A stretch of DNA of 64,000 bases from Octopus vulgaris (taxonomy: Eukaryota): the NCBI GenBank assembly GCA_951406725.2, contig OX597816.1, positions 127,658,001 to 127,722,000 of the forward strand, read 5' to 3'. Below, in pieces: positions 56,041 through 64,000 of this stretch (its first letter is position 1; the number at the start of each line of letters is the position of its first letter). A program made the translations under genes and the position numbers. Under the pieces are notes generated by a model. It worked only from the letters and a program-made list of their open reading frames with translations, did no database searches and was not told the origin of the DNA.

Positions 56041-56288
56041 CACGCTAAAATGCTCGAACCGATCGTGACGATGCCAGACCCTCCGGCCCCTGTGCAGGTG
56101 GCACGTAAAAAGCACCCAATCCACTCACGGAGTGGTTGGCGTTAGGAAGGGCATCCAGCCGTAGAAACTCTGCCAGATTCAGACTGGAGCCTGGAGCGGC
56201 CCCTGGCTTCCCAGACCCGGTCAAACCGTCCAACCCGTGCTGGCGCGGAAAGCGGACGTTAAACGATGATGATGATGATGATGATGAT
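54517..56288 (+). mobile_element. 5'-truncated RTE-clade LINE
   Basis: QFGFVPGRSTTDAIF, FVDLEKAFD, GVHQGSALSP, LYADD and R.RGRPRKTW motifs. 3' UTR ends in (GAT)n. TA repeats at both junctions. Confidence 0.95.
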
Positions 56289-56344
56289 ATATATAGAGAA
56301 AGAGAGATTAACAGACAGCATATACAGATTCTGACATACATTTG

Positions 56345-56589
56345 TGTAAGAGTAAAGTTCCTTCCCAAGTCATGTCGATTCATAGGGGTAATTTCCATGG
56401 TGTATATATTCCCTACCTGGACAGGACACCAATCCATCATGGCATTACTCATTTTTGCCAGCTGGGTGGACTGGAGCAACTTGAAATGAAGCGTTTTACT
56501 CAAGAACACATGTCACCTGGACCAGGAATCGAAACCACAATCTTATGATCATGAGTCCAACACCCTAACCACTAACCACTGTGCCTCCA
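56345..56589 (-). mobile_element. tRNA-derived SINE with a family B-like head and CORE-like body
   Basis: Minus-strand head tggaggcacagtggttagtggttagggtgttggactc...ggtttcgattcctgg, then gtgttcttgagtaaaacgcttcatttcaagttgctccagtccacccagctg. Confidence 0.75.
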
Positions 56590-56921
56590 TCTGTTGATGC
56601 ATTCTAAATAAATGGTGAAAACCCAAAGGCAACAAACTTCATTATCAGTCCTGAATATTTATCAAAAACAGAACTTTATGCATTCAGAGCAGCGAAATTT
56701 TCAATACTACTTTAGGTTTCTTAAATTTCTTATTTTATAGTTGATTACTACAACTTTTCTAAAGCTTAACTTTCTGAAACTGTAATACAAAGCTGGTTTC
56801 CAATTGCATGTTGCCTAGTGAACGGTAATAAATTATTTTCTGCTTTATCTGAACTAAGTTATTCAATTTCATTTTGTATCATTCTATCAGTATCTCTTCC
56901 TAATATTTAAGTATATATATA

Positions 56922-57138
56922 AGGCTGGCAGAATCATTAGCTTGTTAGGTAAAATGCTTAGTGGCATTTCATTTGTCTTTACGTTCCAAGTTCAAATTCT
57001 GCTGAAGTCAACTTTGCATTTCATTTTTTTTTGGCGGGTGGTGGGTCATTAAAATAAGTACCAGTTGAACACTGGGGTTGATGTTATTGACTTATCCCCT
57101 TCCTTGAAATTGTTGGTCTTGTACCAAAATTTGAAATC
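56922..57138 (+). mobile_element. SINE family C
   Basis: Same unit as in the 33093 array. Confidence 0.78.
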
Positions 57139-57175
57139 AGTATCTAAGGTTAAGCATGTATGTATGTTGTAGTAA

Positions 57176-57545
57176 GTGCATACATGGCTGTACTGTTGTG
57201 AAGTTTGCTTCCCAACTATGCGCTCTTGGTTCAGTCCCACTGCACAGCACCTTGGGCAACTGTCTTCTACTATACCCCTAGGCCATTCAAAGCCTAGTGA
57301 GTGCATTTGATAGACTAAAACTGAAAGATGCCTGTTGTATGTGTGTGTGTTTACCCTTCTTGAGACACCACATGATGGTTATAAATGAGCATCAACATCA
57401 TACAAAAGAGGTGAGGTTGTTTATTTCCAGTCTTCTATGAGAAACATATCTAGCTATGGTTACATATTACCTTGTTTGGAAACTGGTTAGGAGTGGTCTT
57501 AGATTCTATGTGATTTATGCAAGCATGGAAAAGTGGATACTGAAT
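57176..57545 (+). mobile_element. SINE with family A head and an RTE-like tail, degenerate
   Basis: ggttcagtcccactgcacagcaccttgggcaactgtcttctactata...gcaagcatggaaaagtgga. Confidence 0.72.
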
Positions 57546-58269
57546 GATCACACCTACATGCATGGTTATATACATATAGATATATCTTTCAATACATCTC
57601 AACGCTTCTGAAGCAAACTTTGTTGACTTTCAATGTAAGCTGAATTTAATATATAGATATGTAATTAATATATTCACTATATCAAGGGTTCTCAAATTTT
57701 TTTGTTGAGTATACTCCTTCATCATTGGCATACCTCATGTGAATAATACAGCATAAAATGCCTGGATATCATAGAACAGATATCTATTATTAGTATTAAT
57801 CTAATTTAATTCAAATAGTTCAAATTGCAGCATAGTCAACTTTGCTTCTCTTCCTTCCAGAGTTTATAAAATATCAGTCAAGTTCTGGGTTCAATATACT
57901 CACCTGTTTTTTCTTTCATATTTCTTAACTTGTACCTATGTAAGAAATCAATTTCATTTACTTTAATATTACATTTTTAAGGAGGTGGAATAGCATGGCT
58001 CTCCTTAATGAAGTTTCAGAGAAGCACATTGACACATCATTGTTAACTGACAGTTGTTCACAAAATTTGTTTTCAGTTATAAACATCACTGAAAACCTTT
58101 ATTCACAGTGATAAGAGGACATAAATAACAAAATTTCTCCATATATTTTCTAGACTCAAGTTGTATTTCATTGGTTGTGATTACTTAATAATTCCAGTGT
58201 TTTTAACAAAACTGCGAGTACTCTTGCATTTTCTCTTGCATACCTTTATGGCTTTGAGAATCCTATGCT

Positions 58270-58355
58270 ATCATCATCATCATTCATTTAGTGTCCGTTT
58301 TCCATGCTAGCATGGGTTGGACGGTTCAACTGGGGTCTGGGGAGCCCGAAGGCTA
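58270..58355 (-). mobile_element. Short RTE 3' tail fragment
   Basis: (ATC)n followed by gtccgttttccatgctagcatgggttggacggttc. Confidence 0.8.
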
Positions 58356-60834
58356 TATGTTATAGATATATTTCCAGAAATGTTGTTAAACTTTGTTCCC
58401 AGAGAAATATTTTTTTTTTGTCTATTTCTCTTACCTAAATAGTCAAGTATTTAAAACAAATATTTGCATTAAAATGGTAATTAACTTATTGGTTCATTGG
58501 AGCCCCTTTGAGATTATATATCCATTTATGTTATTGTTAATGAATGTATGTAAAAATAAAAAAAACAAAACCATATAAATTTAACAAAGAAGGAACTTAA
58601 AAAGGCCCAAACTATTAAACTAGGCAAGGTATATTGACTGCAGAATAGACATCTTAATGATTAGTCTAATTATTGCTTTGTAAATAATTTGGTTTGTAGT
58701 GAACGTAAATGAAATAACTATTTGCAATTATTTCATTCATATTCATTTAGCAGTAATTTTTATCATTAGAGCATTAATTTTCTCCTTAGTCACACTCATA
58801 GTATCTAAGAAAAATAATGTATTAACAATTTTGTTTCTATTAATGATTATTCCATTTATTTTTCTTACATAGAGAAGAAAAAATAAGCAAACAATATCTG
58901 CTTCATGTTGAATTTTAATCAGTAACCTCAAGTGATCATCTCATTCCCACATAAACAGTACTGCTTTCCTCAGAAACCCATTGGCATTAGTACAGCTCGT
59001 GATCATCATGCATAGTAAACCACCAACAAATTTGGCACCATACAAATTAGCATAATATGGCAGTTATCCAAATATCCCAGCTTCTTCTGGACTGAGGATG
59101 TTAGATTATTTATCAAATTCTTGTATAATCCTTCATTTTGAAACATATATTGAGTGTTGACATTTTACAATACTCTCCTAGCTAGCTACTTGGTATGTTT
59201 CAAGATGTGTTGCCAGTCTTTGACAGTTGCTGTAAAAGCTATTGTTCTTCTTTCAGTCAATTTGTTGTGGTATTGAAAAGATTAATGGGGAAATAAACAC
59301 TGTTTTCTTTTCACTATATTCTATTATATTTTCATTAATTGCAAGCAACAACTGGACAATTCAGCAGGCTATATTGGACAACTAGCTGTTTGCCTGGTGG
59401 CTTGTGTCTTTTCACTGTTTCCATATTGAGACTGTGGTATTTCCAATAACATGATGTATCTTACTGTAAGCAGCTCTATAGTGAGAAAATTTAACTGTTG
59501 CAAGCAGTAACATAATTGTAAAATTAAGGAATGCTTCCCTCAGTTTTCAATATTTACACCTAAATGATGGTGATGATGATGATGATGATGAAAACAGCTT
59601 CAGAAGGCAGAGTTACCTTTTTAAGTTACATGTTTTTCAAGAATGATATAAGCTTTGAAGAAATTGTAACAAAATCATAAAAGACATATTTTGCATTTCT
59701 CTGGAAAGAACCTTACATGCTAAAATGTGGGATTAATCTTAACACACAAGTATAAACTATAAACTGGCACTGAAATGTTTATGCATATTGTACAATTAGC
59801 ATAAACAGAAACATATCTTATATTTCAACCTGAAGAATCAATTCTCATTCTCACACTCACTCACTTACTCTTTCTCTTTCACACATACACACACACACTC
59901 TTTCTCTCTCTCATATGTATACACAGAAGCCATTTATTATAATTACAGTTGATGCAATCAAATAGTTATTATTATCGGAATTCATGGGTCCCTAACATAT
60001 TCAGCATATAGTTATGCTTTCTGTTGTTATTGTCTGATCATCACTATCATTATTGAAAAGGCTCCATTCCATAGTGATCAAAATGTCTTCAACAGGGTAT
60101 GTAGTGAACTAGTTAAGACCAATCTGTATTGATAAGAAAGTTTCTATTTTGTATCTTTTAAACATTTTTTCCCATAATAGTTTGTACTAATTAGCTGTTA
60201 ACATTATCCTATGACCTTACATATGCATACAAAAGACAAAACTGCTTTTCTTTTCTCTTTCCAAAAGATGCTTGAATTTTATAAAATTCATGATTGTTTC
60301 AGCTTTAGGTGGCCTTGATTTTTTAAGTAAGCATTCATGCATATTTGTTGATTCACAAAAATACATATAATCATATTCCTGTACATCCCTTGTTATTTGT
60401 CATATTTCTAATATAGTTTGTAATCTAGCATTGCAGATTTTTGCACTTTCAATACCACTGCATTTATTTTGAGAGCATCATCTCATCCACTTGGAAATAA
60501 CCTAGTCAGCCCCTCGGATGTTGTTTATTCACAATCTTATATTTCATTACACGCTTTCCAAGATATCTGCATTGCTATTCTGAAGAAACATTTGAATTGC
60601 TTTCCTGATTTAAGATCTTTGGATTAAGAGGTTTATTTGCTCTAATGCCAGTTACACATCCTATTGTGCATCATATTCTTGTCGTCTCATTAAACTATTT
60701 CCTCAGTCAGTACTGACTGGTGAATTCAAATGGAGCTAATTTCAAAATTCATTGGAGAATTCAGAATAAAACCATCTAATTCAAACTGTTTTCTGTCATT
60801 TCAATGTATAATTGCAATAATTGGACACTATATA

Positions 60835-60872
<38 letters not shown>

Positions 60873-61298
60873 CACATACATTCATTTACTCACTCACATG
60901 GTTGCATGCATCACATGCTTTATCTCTTCATTCTTCAGTATTGTATGACTACTTACTTTTGGCAATTGAATCAAGTGTTGATTAGACATGCATTGTGAAC
61001 ATAGCAAATAGAATGCTTTCTTGTTTTGATAACGATGTTACTTTATAATACAAAGATGTTAAAAACATAATGAACATTGGTTGTAAATAGGTAACTTATT
61101 TTGAAGAACACATGATACCAATATTAAGAACATGCCTTGGGAGATGCAGCAATAAAAAAATTTACAACCTTGTGTGCCTTTGTTGATGAAAAACAAAAAA
61201 AAAAAATTGAGTCCTAGTTTAAAAAGGAGAAACAGAGAAATAAAATGCACTGGTTGTTTGAATTCAAAATAATTTGTGGATAGAACTGTAAAGAGTAG

Positions 61299-61333
<35 letters not shown>

Positions 61334-61344
61334 TATTATTATTG

Positions 61345-61557
61345 TGGTGGTGAGCTGCATAACTGTTAGTGCATCAGACAAAATGCTTTGCAGCATTTCT
61401 CCTGAAAGTGTACTTCCTGAGTTCAAATCCCACAAAGGTCAACTTCGCTTTTCATCCCTTCAAGTTTGACAAAGTACCAGTCATGTACTAGGGTCTATTA
61501 ATTGACTAACAACCTTCTCTCCTAAAACTGTTGACCTTTTACCAAAATTTGAAACAA
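61345..61557 (+). mobile_element. SINE family C next to an (ATT)n tract
   Basis: ctgagttcaaatcc...ttttcatccctt...ccaaaatttgaaac. Confidence 0.72.
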
Positions 61558-62537
61558 TTGTTATTTTTTTAATTACTACTACTACAACAAATGCAACTGC
61601 TGTTGTTGTTGTTGTTAAGCAACAAGACGGGTAAGGGTGATTAGGTGATGGTCTATCTCTTAGGGGTGGAAACCTCTGAACTTGGTGGAAAAAAAAAAGA
61701 CTTTGGTTGTCTTGTAGTCGAGGGCTCTTCATTGATGCCCGACACCACTGGGAGGTAGCCCTCGAAGTCGTTGGAAATGGAGATCTCCAGGTCCAAATTC
61801 TTGAACGGCTGCTACTGCTGTTGTTTTTGTTACTAGTATATTGGCCAATATATTCAGTTACTGACTAAAGTGTTAATTGATATCACAAACTGATCAGAAT
61901 AGATGATATGTATTAGTAAAAAATACTTCAAGACTTCTATGGCTTAGTATTGAAAATGTTGAAGTTAGACTGAAGCTGAGCAAGTTGTAAACACTGTCGA
62001 CATAATTACCTTATCTTTCATGTAAGAAAAGTTAAACCTATGTGCTTGTTATATAAAGTATAGTCTGTTTTATAATAGGTTGGGACAGTGATAAATGGTA
62101 AGATGTTGTTTCTCAGATCATAGTAATGATGCTTTGATAATATTCAATTGTCTATCTTATCATTAACAATACTTTTCTTTTTATGGAATAGTGTGTCTAA
62201 TTTTAGGTTAATTGTTAATTTGAAGATTCACTCAATAGTTTATGATTTCAATTCAGTTATATTGTCAATTGGTTTACAAGCATAATTAAAGAGAATTAGA
62301 TACTGACATCAAAATCTTTCATTGATTCTTCATTAATATTCATACAGTTGGAGGACAGTGTCTTGCTCCAGTAACATAATGTACATAGCAGGCCATTTAT
62401 TCATACAAGCTGTAAGTTAAGAACTACCGAGAGATAAAAAAAATATTGCTTTATTTTCAAAGGGTGGTGGCTTGCAGAATTGGTAGAACGATAGGCAAAT
62501 GCTTGTAACATTTGGTTATATTCCTTTATTCTTTTAT

Positions 62538-62737
62538 TGCTTTACTTGTTTTAGTCATTTGGCTGTGACCATGCTGGAGCACTATCTTAAGGGGTTTTAG
62601 TTGAAGAAATCGACCCTAGGACTTTTTCTTTGTAAGCTTAGTACTTATTCTATCAGTCTATTTTGCTGAATCGCTAATCTATGGGGACATAAACTCACCA
62701 ACATTGGTTGTCAAGCAATAGCAGGGGTATGAACATA

Positions 62738-62785
<48 letters not shown>

Positions 62786-62921
62786 CAGGATGGGCTTCTT
62801 TCAGTTTCTATCTACCAAATTCACTCACAAGACTTTGGTCAGCTAAGGTGCCATGCAGTGGGACTGAACCCAGAACCATGTGGTCGAGAAGCAAGTTTCT
62901 TACCACACAGCCATGCTTGCA
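62538..62921 (-). mobile_element. tRNA-derived SINE family A
   Basis: Colinear with 39241-39633, with an internal (CT)/(CA) microsatellite. Confidence 0.82.
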
Positions 62922-63383
62922 CCTATGTTAAGGTTTCAAGGTCTATCAGAATCAACTTTGTTTCAATCCCCTTGTGTTTAATAAAAGAAGTATTAGTCAC
63001 ACTTACCCCTAAGATATCTCACCTTTTACTTATTTTAGATTATCATTTTTATAAAGCGAAAAATCCATGTTGCATCAGCCATATTTCTTTATTTATACAA
63101 ATTGTTTGTTTAATGAATACCATACAGTGTTTGGTTCATTGCTACATTTCTTTATCCCATTTTGTTTAATGTATTCAAAAGAATTATTCCTTTTACTAGC
63201 TGATAATTTCACAGTTATGCTCTGTGTCTATGAATGGATGGATGCTTGAACAATATCTGACCACCTTCATGTACATAATTATTAAACTAGTCACAATGTT
63301 TCATTTGTAAAAAGGTATTGCTGTCTGATTCTCGGAACTGAAATGTAGACTTCAGTAACATTTAGAAACTTGATGATCTAAAG

Positions 63384-63661
63384 TGGGTATCTCCAACTAG
63401 CATGTTGTGGACCAGTACTGGGCAGGGATTGTTTAGTTCTGGGTCACACAGAAAGAATAAATTTTTAAAGTTAATTTCTATTTCATTGAATTTCACATTC
63501 TGCTGGGTATTTTTTGCATTATGTATATTTTATATATGTAATAATTGAATTATATATCATGCACTTTATTGTATTTTGTTATGCACTTGCTCCCCCTGTA
63601 TGTAGAAAAACTGACTTGCCTGAAACTGTACAGTAGTGCAAAGAAATGTTAGGGAACACTG
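63384..63661 (+). mobile_element. Non-autonomous hAT (Charlie-type) element
   Basis: 8-bp TSD ATCTAAAG at 63376-63383 and 63662-63669. Decayed termini tgggtatctccaac / gttagggaacactg. Confidence 0.7.
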
Positions 63662-64000
63662 ATCTAAAGCATTTAATTCAAATCAATTCCTGTCTGCATC
63701 ACATAAATTAACAAACTATATAATGCTTCTGTATAGTGCAGTGAGCACCATAGAAGAGAAGGCAAACAGAGTTTGTGGACTGGTTTTTGTTTCCAGACTA
63801 GCAAATTTATTTCACTTTACAAAAGCAATTCCCATTCCTTCGTCATCCCCAAAAGACTAATCCACTAATGCCATACTCCAAAACAGTTTTAAAGTTCAAA
63901 TGTCACTATTTATCAGGTTTTAAAATGAAATATTGATTGGTTGAAAAAAAATTTGATTATATACATACTTTTATGTGTATACATACTTTTATGTATATAC

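Overview
Eukaryotic, AT-rich, repeat-dense DNA. The SINE, RTE and 5S sequences most resemble a cephalopod, probably Octopus (inference). No host protein-coding exon could be called with confidence. Bases 1-22.4 kb form a retroelement island: eight copies or fragments of CR1/L2-group LINEs from two families (A and B), RTE 3' fragments, a 5S rRNA-derived sequence and SINEs, nearly all joined directly to long (TA)n/(TATG)n microsatellites. One family-A copy (6169-10035) has an uninterrupted EN+RT ORF2. Its ORF1 carries a Myb/SANT(trihelix)-like motif and a CCCH zinc finger, and ORF1 meets ORF2 at a conserved T_TTT_TTG heptamer that looks like a -1 ribosomal frameshift site. Bases 22.4-64 kb look like CpG-poor intron or intergenic DNA. 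They hold many SINEs, a DD37D maT transposon, piggyBac- and hAT-type MITEs, Penelope-like remnants (including an inverted pair of decayed hammerhead motifs), a long-range inverted repeat, and a 5'-truncated RTE LINE with a PHD-type finger inside its RT. All domain and family calls are by-eye motif recognition, not database searches.
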